DNA from: a bacterium
Lineage (GTDB): Bacteria; Patescibacteriota; Microgenomatia; Levybacterales; UBA12049
Direction: 5' to 3'
Assembly (NCBI GenBank): GCA_021780675.1
Contig: JAJXYH010000004.1
Coordinates: 5,668-69,667, forward strand
Length of the DNA: 64,000 nt
The position numbers and the translations under genes are program-made. Of this stretch, positions 50,743-60,534 are shown piece by piece. The notes below the pieces were generated by a model that saw only the letters and a program-made list of their open reading frames with translations, was not told where the DNA came from and searched no databases. The first letter of the stretch is position 1. Each line of letters starts with the position of its first letter.

Positions 50743-51159
50743 ATGAAATTTGAATTTTCCGCAGGAGGAATAGTTTATAAAAAAGAAAATGGAAAAGTTT
50801 TTATAATTGTTGCAAAACATTCATCGCATCACGGATGGGTTTTTCCAAAAGGATTAATCGGCGATCATATTAAAAACGAAGGAAAAGAAGAAACCGCCGT
50901 TAGAGAGGCGGAAGAGGAAACAGGCGCTAAAGGAAAAATTATTCAGGAGCTTTCCCCCGTGACATTTTGGTATGAATGGGAAGGGGAAAAGCGTAAAAAA
51001 ACAGTTTATTACTTCTTAATGGAATTTATTCGAGGAGATATAAAAAAACACGACTGGGAAATGGAAGAGGTTGAGTGGTTGCCAAAGGATAAAGTTTTAG
51101 ATAGGTTAACTTATGAATCGGATAAAAAAGTCTTCCAAGAAGCACAAAAACTGATATAA
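50743..51159 (+). CDS. Nudix hydrolase
   Basis: Nudix box GLIGDHIKNEGKEETAVREAEEETG. Confidence 0.75.
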   Translation: MKFEFSAGGIVYKKENGKVFIIVAKHSSHHGWVFPKGLIGDHIKNEGKEETAVREAEEETGAKGKIIQELSPVTFWYEWEGEKRKKTVYYFLMEFIRGDIKKHDWEMEEVEWLPKDKVLDRLTYESDKKVFQEAQKLI

Positions 51160-51172
51160 TTACGAATGTCTT

Positions 51173-51262
51173 GGAGGGGTCGCATAGTGGACTAGTGCGC
51201 TTGCTTGGAAAGCAGGTATATCCGCAAGGGTATCGAGGGTTCGAATCCCTCCTCCTCCGCCA
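51173..51262 (+). tRNA. tRNA-Ser (anticodon GGA), CCA encoded
   Basis: Acceptor GGAGGGG/CTCCTCC, anticodon stem CTTGC/GCAGG with loop TTGGAAA, long variable arm, T-arm GAGGG-TTCGAAT-CCCTC. Confidence 0.8.
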
Positions 51263-51264
51263 AG

Positions 51265-52635
51265 CTATTTAATCTTTTCAGAGGCTAGTGTTGTCGCAAC
51301 CACAACAAGAAGTGCCAGAAGACCTAGTCCTTTAGCTCCATTTTTTAATTTACCCAGCGCATCTAATTTTTTGCGTTTTTCCTCCGCCTCCGGGGAGGTA
51401 TCATCTTTTAATTTTTCTTCAGCATCGGCAATAACTGCTTCAATAACCGGTTTAACATCTCCGCTTCTAATTGCATCAGTAATTTTTTTTGCAGTTTCTG
51501 CGGGAATTTCACCGCTTTGTATTTTATTGCCAAAATCTGCAATTAAATCATGTGCGCTTTGTCCACCGTTTGCTTCTAAAACCGTACCCCAATTTTGAAG
51601 CATTGAAGCTTCGTTTTGCAAAGACAATATTTGCTGGCTTATTTGCGCTTTTTGCGCCTCAGTCGTTGCTGTCTCCAATCGTTTACTAAGTTGACTTAAT
51701 TCATTTGGAATTTCTGTGCTTCTTGTTGAAATATCATCGGGAGTAAGATTTGCTCCCATCAGTACGATTTCGGCAAGTGTATTACCTGAAATAATCACTT
51801 CATCGCCCATTGCTTGTCTTGCAGCTTCTATTTGATCAGCAGAAATAGATGATTTTTGAGAATCCAGATAAGTATCAATATCGGATCTTGTAATAAGGTT
51901 TGCTTCTCTTGCTTCTTGTTCAAGTAGATCCCGGGTTCTAGCGATATTTTCATCACTAAACATCTCTTGCGCTAATGCCTGGGCTTTGTTAGGATCTTGC
52001 ATTGTGGCAATATAATAATCTATAAACTGAGCGTCATCTCCTGTAAACATTGCTGTCAATTCCTGCTGTTCGGCAACAATTTGCGCATCAATTAAATCAT
52101 CCCAGGGAACTATTTGAGTTCCTTGTGGTTTTGAACCGGTTGGAAGTTCATAAGCATCCTCGTCTTGTGTATTTTCAAGAATTGCCATAGCTTTTCCGTT
52201 GTCATTTACCACCCCGCTTATTTTTAAGACTCTGACGACCTTTTGTTCTCCATTAAGTGTGATCGTTACATAAATTGGTTTTTCACCTCCTGAATGGTCG
52301 GTAGTTATATCAACGGGTTCTTCTTTTCCATCTTGAGCATTCGTTAACATCACTTTTTCGCCATTTGAATGAGTTAGGGTATCATTTTTTAAGCCCATTA
52401 AGCCCTTAAGTAAATGTCCTGTTTCTCCTCTTTGGAGTGGGGGATCTTTAGTTAGTTTTCTGGCAAGCAAAACTTTTCCAAGTCTAATTGCGTCTTTTTT
52501 TGCAGTATCTCTTATTTCATCTGTTATTACGGGCGCTTCATGATTTTCTGCATCAGGTTGGGCAGTATCATCTGGCAATTCTGGTGCGGCAGTGTCTGGT
52601 TGTGGTTGTGGAGCTTCGGCTCCGGTTTCGCTCAT
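51265..52635 (-). CDS. tail-anchored hypothetical protein (acidic Pro-rich N-terminus, single C-terminal TM)
   Basis: 456 aa. C-terminal GLGLLALLVVVATTLASEKIK. Confidence 0.4.
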   Translation of the reverse strand: MSETGAEAPQPQPDTAAPELPDDTAQPDAENHEAPVITDEIRDTAKKDAIRLGKVLLARKLTKDPPLQRGETGHLLKGLMGLKNDTLTHSNGEKVMLTNAQDGKEEPVDITTDHSGGEKPIYVTITLNGEQKVVRVLKISGVVNDNGKAMAILENTQDEDAYELPTGSKPQGTQIVPWDDLIDAQIVAEQQELTAMFTGDDAQFIDYYIATMQDPNKAQALAQEMFSDENIARTRDLLEQEAREANLITRSDIDTYLDSQKSSISADQIEAARQAMGDEVIISGNTLAEIVLMGANLTPDDISTRSTEIPNELSQLSKRLETATTEAQKAQISQQILSLQNEASMLQNWGTVLEANGGQSAHDLIADFGNKIQSGEIPAETAKKITDAIRSGDVKPVIEAVIADAEEKLKDDTSPEAEEKRKKLDALGKLKNGAKGLGLLALLVVVATTLASEKIK

Positions 52636-52648
52636 AAATTTATATTAG

Positions 52649-55627
52649 TTGATTTTTATTGTCAAATCAATTAATAATAAAGATAGTATGGCTATAGACA
52701 ATATAGACAATGTGTCAACGCGTGGGCCAGATGCTGCAGGTGATAAAAAAAGTAATCAGCCACCAAAAAGAATTGTTCCTTTTTCTCCAACCAGCGATAA
52801 AACCGCAATAGATGCAAATGGAGCGGCTGTTAAGGTTAGAGCATCTGAGTTTTTAACTAGAGTATCTGGATTAGAAACAACAGATAGAGACAGGGTTTTA
52901 ACTGGAAAAGTTGAAAGAGACGAACTTCCGATTAGTGCAGAAGTAGTGACGGGTTTAAGAAATTTTACAGAAAGTTATGTCCGAAAACTTGTCCTACTTA
53001 GAAAAGACGGTGTGTATGACCAAATGAAAAGGCAGCAAGAAAGAGGTAGCGACCAGGCGGATTATTTGGAAGACAAGTATATGCTGGAGCTTTTTACCGA
53101 CAAACAAACTGGTGAAGCTAAAAAATTCGGGGAAATAGAAAATTTAATAACTGAACATCCTCTGATTTTGCAAAATGTAATGCTGGTTGCTGAAAGATAT
53201 GCAAGAGATACGCTGGCAGCTTATGGGTTAAGGGCAGAGATGTATAGGCCTGGGAAAAGAACAGAGCTAACAGATCCAAGACTTGAGCGAACAATTGATC
53301 TTCCGGTTGATCAAGGAGCGTTAAGATCAACTTATAACCGAGTACGAGATTGGACGCAAAGAAGACACGAAGTGGGTGGAAGGCCCGATCCAAACGATCC
53401 CGATTCCAATTTAGATTATTTTTTAAACCATGCCGGTATACCGGTTGGAGCTGGAGCAATTGGTGTTGGAACGATAGGTGGGGTAGTCGGAGCGGTCGGA
53501 GCTTTGTTTGGTGCGGGACCAGGAGAAGTGGGGGGTGCTATTGCCGGTGCTGCAGTTGGCGCGGGTGCTGTTTTGGGTGGGTTAGCGGTCGGTAGATCAT
53601 TCCGGGAGGGTCCAAGATTAAGGTTAGTTGTAGATAATGAAGTTAGAGCGCAGTCTCAAAGAGGAGCAGAAAGACTTAGAATGGAGAGGTTAATTGGTGT
53701 TAACCCGACAAACTTAACAGAATCAACCGACAGCCCTGCTGCAAATGATGCGATTAAAATAATATATCTAAGGCAAATGTATTTAAGGAATTTAGATAAT
53801 TCAGGTGAAGTATTTGATGCCTTTAGCGATCAATTTATAACTAACGGAGGTACGGCAAACCGGTTTGAGGAAACGCGAACGGTTATGGGGTCTAGGGTAA
53901 ATGCGGAATTTCAAAGTTTAAGAGATGCTTATTTAAGAAATCATCCTGATGCAACCCCTACACAACTTAGAGATTTTTACAGAAGAGCGCAGGAAACAGT
54001 TTTATTTAGAAATTTTGAGGAAGTTTCCGAAAAGGTAAGGCCCGAAGAAAACATAGCAGGAAAGTTGCAAACTGCTATTGATGCAAGAAAACCCGAAGGG
54101 TCAGCTCATGTGGAAAGAACAAGAGTTGCAAGTGAAGAAAAAGGCCGTTTGACTACCGAAAAACAAACTCTTGCTGCATCAAGAGAAGCCTTAACAGGAT
54201 ATGAGGGGAAATTACTAACAATAGAAAAAGCGCGTCAGGACCTACAGAGGGAACTTGCAAAAATTAATGGGGGCGGATTGGATTACGCTCATGCATTACA
54301 AGAGCTGCGAATAGCTCAAAGCGCAACCGGAACAACGATTACAATTACAACAGATACGGGTATAGAAACAATTACAGATTTACATAGCGATATATTAGCT
54401 CATAGTCAGGGTCTTGCTAATGATCTTGGGAATATTAGAATTCCAAATCCTGGTGAGGATACAGATGCATATCGAGATTTCCGTAGTGCAGAGGCTGCAA
54501 AGATTCGTTTAGCTCATAAACCCGAAACAGACGAAGACAACAGGAAAACACAACTTATAATAAGTAGAATAACAGAATTAACAAGACTCCAGGGGGTAAT
54601 TGATGAAGCATCAAGGAATTTACTTCAGGCAGAAGAAATAAAAGCCGGTGGGCAAGAATTTGTAAAATTTCAAGAAGCATTTCAGCGTGTTGATTCCCTT
54701 GGTCTTCCAGGGGCATTATTGTTTACCCAAACGCTTGAGCAAAATCTAGCTGATGCAAATAATTTGTTCGATATGGATCCTAATTTCGGCTGGCCTGAAA
54801 GCGAAAACAACCAGATGCGGGAAGTTTTAAGAAGAGCAACTATTCAAGCAAGGGCAAACGATGCAGAAAGGGCAGATCCTATTCTTGCTCCTTTTGAGAA
54901 TAATTTTGATGAATTTAGGGGACTTGGTTTATCTACGGAACAAATTGCCTTAATGAGCCTAGACGACTTAAGAGCAAGATATGTTCGCACACATCCTGCG
55001 GCAACCGGAACCGAAGCAGATAATGCTCAAAGATGGGCTTTGGGACAATTAAGGTTTTTACAAGCGTCTGTTAACCAAGAAGCAACAGTAGTAGATAATT
55101 CTCTTAGGGTACAGGAGAGGTTTATAAACGGAGTTGATCTGACTCAAGAGAGAGAGCAACTGGAAGTTGTAAAAGATATGTGGGATAAAAGAAAAGGCAT
55201 TAGAGCAAGAGCAGTTGATGGGGTGCTTAATAATCGCGCTGGCCTTGAAAATACAGACCACGTTCAAGCAAATACGGAAGGTTTTACTCAGGCAGAGGCA
55301 GATTCACAGCTACCAAGAAATGTTTTGGAGGTTTTAAATATGATTACCGGTTATCAAGACGTAGATAATGCAGACGGTAGAGCTGAAGCTTTTGCTAAAA
55401 TATGGAGAAATTTTGGGCAAAATCCACCAACAGCTGATACACTGTTGTTAGTAAGATTAAGAGATGCGTTTGAGGTTCCGCAAGCTCACGCAAACAGCTT
55501 TAACGAGCTAGCAGCCTATCTTAGGACAAGGTTTAGAAACAATAGGATTAATTCTGGTAACATTGCGCAATACGTAGGAAGAAACGCTGTTTCACAATTT
55601 ACTGAGTGGGGAAGGAGCTTAGGATGA
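52649..55627 (+). CDS. large hypothetical protein (992 aa) with ~55-aa glycine-zipper hydrophobic segment
   Basis: GIPVGAGAIGVGTIGGVVGAVGALFGAGPGEVGGAIAGAAVGAGAVLGGLAVG at about residues 255-310. The rest is soluble, helical and acidic. Locally GC-richer DNA. Confidence 0.45.
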   Translation: MIFIVKSINNKDSMAIDNIDNVSTRGPDAAGDKKSNQPPKRIVPFSPTSDKTAIDANGAAVKVRASEFLTRVSGLETTDRDRVLTGKVERDELPISAEVVTGLRNFTESYVRKLVLLRKDGVYDQMKRQQERGSDQADYLEDKYMLELFTDKQTGEAKKFGEIENLITEHPLILQNVMLVAERYARDTLAAYGLRAEMYRPGKRTELTDPRLERTIDLPVDQGALRSTYNRVRDWTQRRHEVGGRPDPNDPDSNLDYFLNHAGIPVGAGAIGVGTIGGVVGAVGALFGAGPGEVGGAIAGAAVGAGAVLGGLAVGRSFREGPRLRLVVDNEVRAQSQRGAERLRMERLIGVNPTNLTESTDSPAANDAIKIIYLRQMYLRNLDNSGEVFDAFSDQFITNGGTANRFEETRTVMGSRVNAEFQSLRDAYLRNHPDATPTQLRDFYRRAQETVLFRNFEEVSEKVRPEENIAGKLQTAIDARKPEGSAHVERTRVASEEKGRLTTEKQTLAASREALTGYEGKLLTIEKARQDLQRELAKINGGGLDYAHALQELRIAQSATGTTITITTDTGIETITDLHSDILAHSQGLANDLGNIRIPNPGEDTDAYRDFRSAEAAKIRLAHKPETDEDNRKTQLIISRITELTRLQGVIDEASRNLLQAEEIKAGGQEFVKFQEAFQRVDSLGLPGALLFTQTLEQNLADANNLFDMDPNFGWPESENNQMREVLRRATIQARANDAERADPILAPFENNFDEFRGLGLSTEQIALMSLDDLRARYVRTHPAATGTEADNAQRWALGQLRFLQASVNQEATVVDNSLRVQERFINGVDLTQEREQLEVVKDMWDKRKGIRARAVDGVLNNRAGLENTDHVQANTEGFTQAEADSQLPRNVLEVLNMITGYQDVDNADGRAEAFAKIWRNFGQNPPTADTLLLVRLRDAFEVPQAHANSFNELAAYLRTRFRNNRINSGNIAQYVGRNAVSQFTEWGRSLG

Positions 55628-56007
55628 CAACTAAAATTAATACTAAAACAATGATAAATTATTTGCCTTTTCCAAACGAGGTTAAATTAGAATTGTTGGG
55701 TAAATTCGATAATTTATCAAATGATGATCAAACTAAAATTACGGATTTGGTTTGGGATGCATTTGAAATTGTTTACAACAACAAAGTTCAAGAAAATTTA
55801 GATAAATTAATTGCGGAGGCCGATGAGAATGGACAAAAAACAGATGATACATTTTACGGAAAAGCAGTTGATATGACAGACCAGGAAGTTAGAGAAGGTT
55901 TAACATCAACAACAGATGTTGCCGATCTTACCAATGTTAGAAAAAGCATGGAATTAATTGTAAACGAAATAAAAGCCGCACAAAATGAAGGAACGCTGAA
56001 AAAGTAA
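55624..56007 (+). CDS. small acidic hypothetical protein, translationally coupled to the 992-aa gene
   Basis: Start ATG at 55624 overlaps the upstream TGA (ATGA). GGAAGGAG SD at 55611-55618. Confidence 0.4.
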   Translation: MTTKINTKTMINYLPFPNEVKLELLGKFDNLSNDDQTKITDLVWDAFEIVYNNKVQENLDKLIAEADENGQKTDDTFYGKAVDMTDQEVREGLTSTTDVADLTNVRKSMELIVNEIKAAQNEGTLKK

Positions 56008-56009
56008 TT

Positions 56010-57800
56010 TTACCTACTGGTTCTTAATGCATTAATTATTACCGCTACGTCGATTGCTTCTTGTAAAAATGCTCCCATAATTGGTGGAATAAAACCAAAG
56101 GAGGCAAAACCCATTCCCACAATACTAATTCCAATTCCAACAAATATGCTTTGTTTGGCAATTGCAATTGTTCGCCTGGCAATATTTAAACATTCCAATA
56201 CAAGCGAAAAATCTCCTCCCAAAAATACAATGTCCGCAGCCTCGCTGGCAGCAGTTTGCTCTTCGTTACTAAACACCATGCCAACATCTGCCATTGCAAG
56301 AGCAGGTGCGTCATTAATACCATCTCCCACCATAGCGGTTACTTTACCTGCCTTTTTAAGTTTTGTTATTCCTTCCTGTTTATCTTGCGGGGTACTTTCA
56401 GCCATAATATCGATATTTACCCCCAGCATTTCTATTACTTTTTCAGCCGCTTGTTTTTTATCTCCGGTAAAGATTTTAATATCAAATCCCTGGGCAATTA
56501 AATCCTTAATGATTGTTTTTGATTCAATTTTGATTTCATCTTCAAAATGGAACTGGGCAATTTGTTTACCGCCGGTAAACAGTCCGATTTCCATACCATT
56601 ATGACTATTAAGTTTTGATAAAGTAAATTGCTTATTATCAACCGTACCGGTTATCCCAACCCCGATTTTTTCTTCAATTTTTTCTGCACTTTTAAGGTGC
56701 GCCTTTTTAGCGGATGCATACTCAACAATAGCTTTTGCCAAAGGGTGCAAAGAATTTCTTTCGATGCTTTTAGAAATTGCCAAAAGTTCTATTTCACCAA
56801 ATGATTTATCCATAATTTTAAATTCGGTAACATGGGGTCTTCCCAAAGTTATGGTTCCGGTTTTATCAAAAATAATCGCGTTTGCTCTGGATAATACTTC
56901 AAGTCCCGAAAGTTTTTTAACAATCATACGTTTTTTGGAAGCTAAATTTACTCCTCCTAAAAGTGCTATCGGCGTTGCAATAATCAAAGGGCAGGGTGTA
57001 GCGATAGCAAGTACCGAGAGAGCCCGGGTTAAATCAAAACCTGAGTAAGTATAAGCAAAAGCGGTAATTATAAGTGTTATAACCGTAAAATATCCGGAGT
57101 ATTTATCAGCTAGGCGTATAAATGGAGTTTTTTCTTCCTGTGCATTTTTAACCATGGTAACGATTTTGTTGTAAGTTGAATTCTTTTGCTCACTGGTTAC
57201 TTTAATAACAATCGGGTTTCCAATATTTATAGTTCCACTTCTTATCGGGTCGCCTTTTATTTTTTCAATGGTGTAAGGCTCACCCGTTAGCGAAGATTCA
57301 TCGGTCAGTCCGCTGTCGGAAATTAGAATTCCATCAAGACCGATTACTTCACCTTTTCTAACATAGATTTCTTCGCTCTTTTTAACTTTTTCAATTTTTG
57401 TTTTTTCTCCAATTTCATTATTTTTCCAATACAGCACTTCATCGGGGATTCTTTCGGCAAGTTTTGTTAAAGATTTTTTCGCTTGGGACACGCCATAATC
57501 TTCTAAAGTCCTACCCGATGCAATCATTAAAGCTAAAATTGTCGATACCAGATATTCCTGTGTTATAAGTGCAACTACAATTGCCAGGATGGCAATATAA
57601 TCAAGCGCAAATTGTTTTTTAAGAATTGAAGTTACTGTTTCATAAAACAAGCGGTAACTTCCAAGAAGAGTTGCCAAAACCCCAATAATTCCAGCTGGAG
57701 TATTTAATTTAAGAAGAAGTAGGATAACATAAAGAATAATTCCAAAGGTTACAATAAGCGGAACTAAGAATGTTTTAAGCAAATTAATTTTTAGGTTCAT
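56010..57800 (-). CDS. P-type cation-transporting ATPase, P1B-like (CPx motif, no N-terminal metal-binding domain)
   Basis: DKTGTIT phosphorylation motif, GDGINDAPAL hinge, TPCPL in a TM helix. Confidence 0.75.
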   Translation of the reverse strand: MNLKINLLKTFLVPLIVTFGIILYVILLLLKLNTPAGIIGVLATLLGSYRLFYETVTSILKKQFALDYIAILAIVVALITQEYLVSTILALMIASGRTLEDYGVSQAKKSLTKLAERIPDEVLYWKNNEIGEKTKIEKVKKSEEIYVRKGEVIGLDGILISDSGLTDESSLTGEPYTIEKIKGDPIRSGTINIGNPIVIKVTSEQKNSTYNKIVTMVKNAQEEKTPFIRLADKYSGYFTVITLIITAFAYTYSGFDLTRALSVLAIATPCPLIIATPIALLGGVNLASKKRMIVKKLSGLEVLSRANAIIFDKTGTITLGRPHVTEFKIMDKSFGEIELLAISKSIERNSLHPLAKAIVEYASAKKAHLKSAEKIEEKIGVGITGTVDNKQFTLSKLNSHNGMEIGLFTGGKQIAQFHFEDEIKIESKTIIKDLIAQGFDIKIFTGDKKQAAEKVIEMLGVNIDIMAESTPQDKQEGITKLKKAGKVTAMVGDGINDAPALAMADVGMVFSNEEQTAASEAADIVFLGGDFSLVLECLNIARRTIAIAKQSIFVGIGISIVGMGFASFGFIPPIMGAFLQEAIDVAVIINALRTSR

Positions 57801-57853
57801 AAGCTTGTCTAGATTATATCAAGTTTTAAATGGTATAATTGAGTGTAATTCAA

Positions 57854-57942
57854 GGAGGAGTCGCATAGCTAGGTCCATTGCGAGGGTTTGCTAAACCCTT
57901 GAGCTGAATAAGCTCGCGTGAGTTCGAATCTCACCTCCTCCG
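57854..57942 (+). tRNA. tRNA-Ser (anticodon GCT)
   Basis: Acceptor GGAGGAG/CTCCTCC, anticodon stem AGGGT/ACCCT with loop TTGCTAA, long variable arm, T-arm GTGAG-TTCGAAT-CTCAC. Confidence 0.75.
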
Positions 57943-57958
57943 CTACCGCCCGGGGATA

Positions 57959-59125
57959 ATGAGGAAAATATTTTATAGTTTAATTTTTGTTTCTATTTTA
58001 GCCGCTCTTATTGTCAGCATTTTCTTTATTGAAAATCACCATTTATCTTCTAAAGTAAATTTATCAAACACACCAACTCTTAAAAAAGTTGTTTCTAAAA
58101 TCTGTCCGCAGGGATTTATTTTGGTTCCAGGAGATAAGCCATATGGCACCTCTGACTTTTGTGTGATGAAATATGATGCAAAATGTGCGGATATTTCAAA
58201 TCCAAATTTGGGGCTTACTCCACCTGCGGGAAATGTTTGTTCGGGACTTAGTGTTGATGGAGGGTATGGTGGGGTTTATAAAAATAATGGAAAAAATTGT
58301 GCGTGCATGCCGGAAAATAAGCGGGAAATTGTTTCAATAAAAAGTGGTTTTCCGATAACTTATATCGCCATGTCGGACAACACATCTAATAATGCAAAGA
58401 CGTATTGTGAAAGCCGCGGTTGGCATCTGATTAATAATAATGAATGGATGACTATTGCGCGAAATGTTGAGCAAGTTAAGGCAAATTGGTGCGACAAAAA
58501 CGGTACTAACTGTGGTTTTTTGCCGGGAACAAAAGGAAAGATATTGGCAAATGGTCACAACGATAATCTTAATGAACCGGGTGCAAGCGCCGGCGGAATA
58601 GGAGCACTCATAGCAACCGATGATGGTAAGCCTTGTTTTGGGACAACAACAGACGGTTCTAATACATGCGGCGGAAAAAATTCGCAAAAAAGAACACTCA
58701 CTTTAAATAACGGCAATGTTATTTGGGATTTTGCAGGAAATGTATGGCAGTGGGTTGATGCCCAGGTAATGAGAAAAAACGAACCTGAATCTGCGACCAA
58801 CGGAGTAACGGATATTGGTTGGGTTATACGAAGCGAATTTGCTCCCGGTGCCATGTCTAGTGTGCTTACGAATAACGGTTCGGGTACAAATTTAGGATAC
58901 GACCAAATTCGTCCGTCGAACCCTGCATGGAATTCAAATAATGGTGTTGGCCGTGTATATCATTACAGCGATCCAAATGATGCCAGCACAGCGCTGTATG
59001 CCTTTATTCGTGGCGGAAACTGGAGACATTTTGATGATGACGGGGCATTTACGGTTCATATGAGTCCGCCTGCAAACAGGGAAAATATTGATGATGTAGG
59101 GTTTAGGTGCGTTTCTAATTTGTAA
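57959..59125 (+). CDS. secreted/membrane-anchored FGE-sulfatase (SUMF1-like) domain protein
   Basis: GNVWQWVD, FIRGGNW and DVGFRCV hallmarks of the formylglycine-generating-enzyme fold. N-terminal signal anchor. Confidence 0.65.
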   Translation: MRKIFYSLIFVSILAALIVSIFFIENHHLSSKVNLSNTPTLKKVVSKICPQGFILVPGDKPYGTSDFCVMKYDAKCADISNPNLGLTPPAGNVCSGLSVDGGYGGVYKNNGKNCACMPENKREIVSIKSGFPITYIAMSDNTSNNAKTYCESRGWHLINNNEWMTIARNVEQVKANWCDKNGTNCGFLPGTKGKILANGHNDNLNEPGASAGGIGALIATDDGKPCFGTTTDGSNTCGGKNSQKRTLTLNNGNVIWDFAGNVWQWVDAQVMRKNEPESATNGVTDIGWVIRSEFAPGAMSSVLTNNGSGTNLGYDQIRPSNPAWNSNNGVGRVYHYSDPNDASTALYAFIRGGNWRHFDDDGAFTVHMSPPANRENIDDVGFRCVSNL

Positions 59126-59206
59126 CAGTTTCAGACGAAATAGATATTTGAAGCTTGTTATAATTTATTCATCTTTAATAATTTTTGAAACAATTTATTT
59201 TGTCCT

Positions 59207-59767
59207 TTATATTTCGTATTCGTAGATTTTGCCGCGGATATTTTCGTAAGTAGACATATCTTCGTTAGAAAGATGCTCAAAGTGTTTGCGCATTGGTCTA
59301 ATTGAATTGCCGTGTGCCGAGATAAATATTATCTCATCAGGTTTTATACTTGGCAACAGTTCGTCTAAAAAAGACATTACCCTTTTTTCCACCATTTGAA
59401 TGCTTTCTCCATTTGGGGGTGGAACATCGTAGGAGCGATGCCACAATTTATACTGCTGTGGGTTTTCTTTTTCAATCTCGTCTTTATTCTTCCCGGTTAA
59501 ATCACCATAGTCACGCTCCTTAATTCTTGGGTCTGTAAATATGGGAGTGTTGGGGTGATATTTTTCTAACACCAGGCTTAAGGTGTGTTGCGAACGGATT
59601 AAGTCTGACTGATATGCTCTAGTAACTTTTTGGTCTTTTAATTCTTCACCGATTTTTTTTGCTTCTTCAATACCGCTTTCGGTTAAATCCGACTGTCTAA
59701 ACCCCGAGAAGGTGTGGTTAAAATTATCAACTGTTTGACCATGACGAAATATAAAAATTTTAGCCAT
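59207..59767 (-). CDS. histidine phosphatase family protein (phosphoglycerate mutase-like)
   Basis: N-terminal IFRHGQT catalytic His motif. C-terminal SAHGNS. Confidence 0.7.
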   Translation of the reverse strand: MAKIFIFRHGQTVDNFNHTFSGFRQSDLTESGIEEAKKIGEELKDQKVTRAYQSDLIRSQHTLSLVLEKYHPNTPIFTDPRIKERDYGDLTGKNKDEIEKENPQQYKLWHRSYDVPPPNGESIQMVEKRVMSFLDELLPSIKPDEIIFISAHGNSIRPMRKHFEHLSNEDMSTYENIRGKIYEYEI

Positions 59768-59811
59768 ATTGTAAGATATAAGTATAAAGCAAAAAGTTAA
59801 GTGCGTAAACC

Positions 59812-60504
59812 ATGAATTTTTTGGATTTCGTTTTTCCTAAAAGATGTGTTGTTTGCAAAAGAGCGGGAAGTTATCTTTGTGGAAATTGTTTCGTAACCCT
59901 TTCATTTGATGTAAAAAACTTGTGCCTTGTCTATAATAAGCCAACATTTAATAATTTAACTCATCCGGTTTGCAAATCTAAATATGCAATAGACGGGTGT
60001 TTTTCCGCCGTTTCTTACAATAAGACCACTAAAAAATTAGTATCCAGTTTTAAATACAACCCATACTTTACAGATTTTCAATTCTTATTGACAGACCTTT
60101 TTTACGAAAGCCTTATTTAAAATGAATATTTTCAAAAATTAATTTCAAACGGTAACTGGACTTTTGTTCCCATTCCGCTTTTTCCATCAAAGCATAGAAC
60201 GCGGGGTTATAACCAAGCGGAAATTTTGGCAAAAAACTTATCAAAAGTATTTAAAATGCCAGCGGGGAATTTACTTATACGAATAAAAGATACAAAAACA
60301 CAAGTTGGAAAGGGCAATATCGACAGAAAATTAAATATTAAAGGAGCATTCAAAATATCAGACAGTAAATTTTCAATAGCAAATAAAAATATATTTCTGG
60401 TGGACGATGTTATTACAACAGGATCAACTTTAAACGAAGCGGCAAATGTCTTAAAAAGGGAAGGGGCGAGAAAAGTAATAGGAATAACTTTTGCAAGAGA
60501 TTAA
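59812..60504 (+). pseudogene. comFC: comFC-like (ComF family phosphoribosyltransferase) gene interrupted by an in-frame TAA at 60118-60120
   Basis: N-terminal zinc finger CVVCKRAGSYLCGNC...C. The region after the stop reads NWTFVPIPLFPSKHRTRGYNQAEILAK (the ComF signature), then the PRTase motif IFLVDDVITTGSTL. Both ORF-track pieces (59812-60120, 60226-60504) are in the same frame. Confidence 0.6.
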
Positions 60505-60505
60505 T

Positions 60506-60534
60506 AAAAAACCACCTTCAAAAAGGTGGTTTTA
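60506..60534 (+). terminator. rho-independent terminator after comFC (bidirectional)
   Basis: aaaaaccacctt-caaaa-aggtggtttt hairpin with a U-tract on plus and an A-tract upstream. Confidence 0.6.

Noticed and set aside
60118-60120. Possible stop-codon reassignment (TAA read through) explaining the interrupted comFC
   Set aside because: TAA is the terminator of many conserved genes in this window (rpmH, dnaA, pyk, purA). TGA also acts as a stop in ATGA overlaps, so the standard code 11 applies. No suppressor tRNA was seen.
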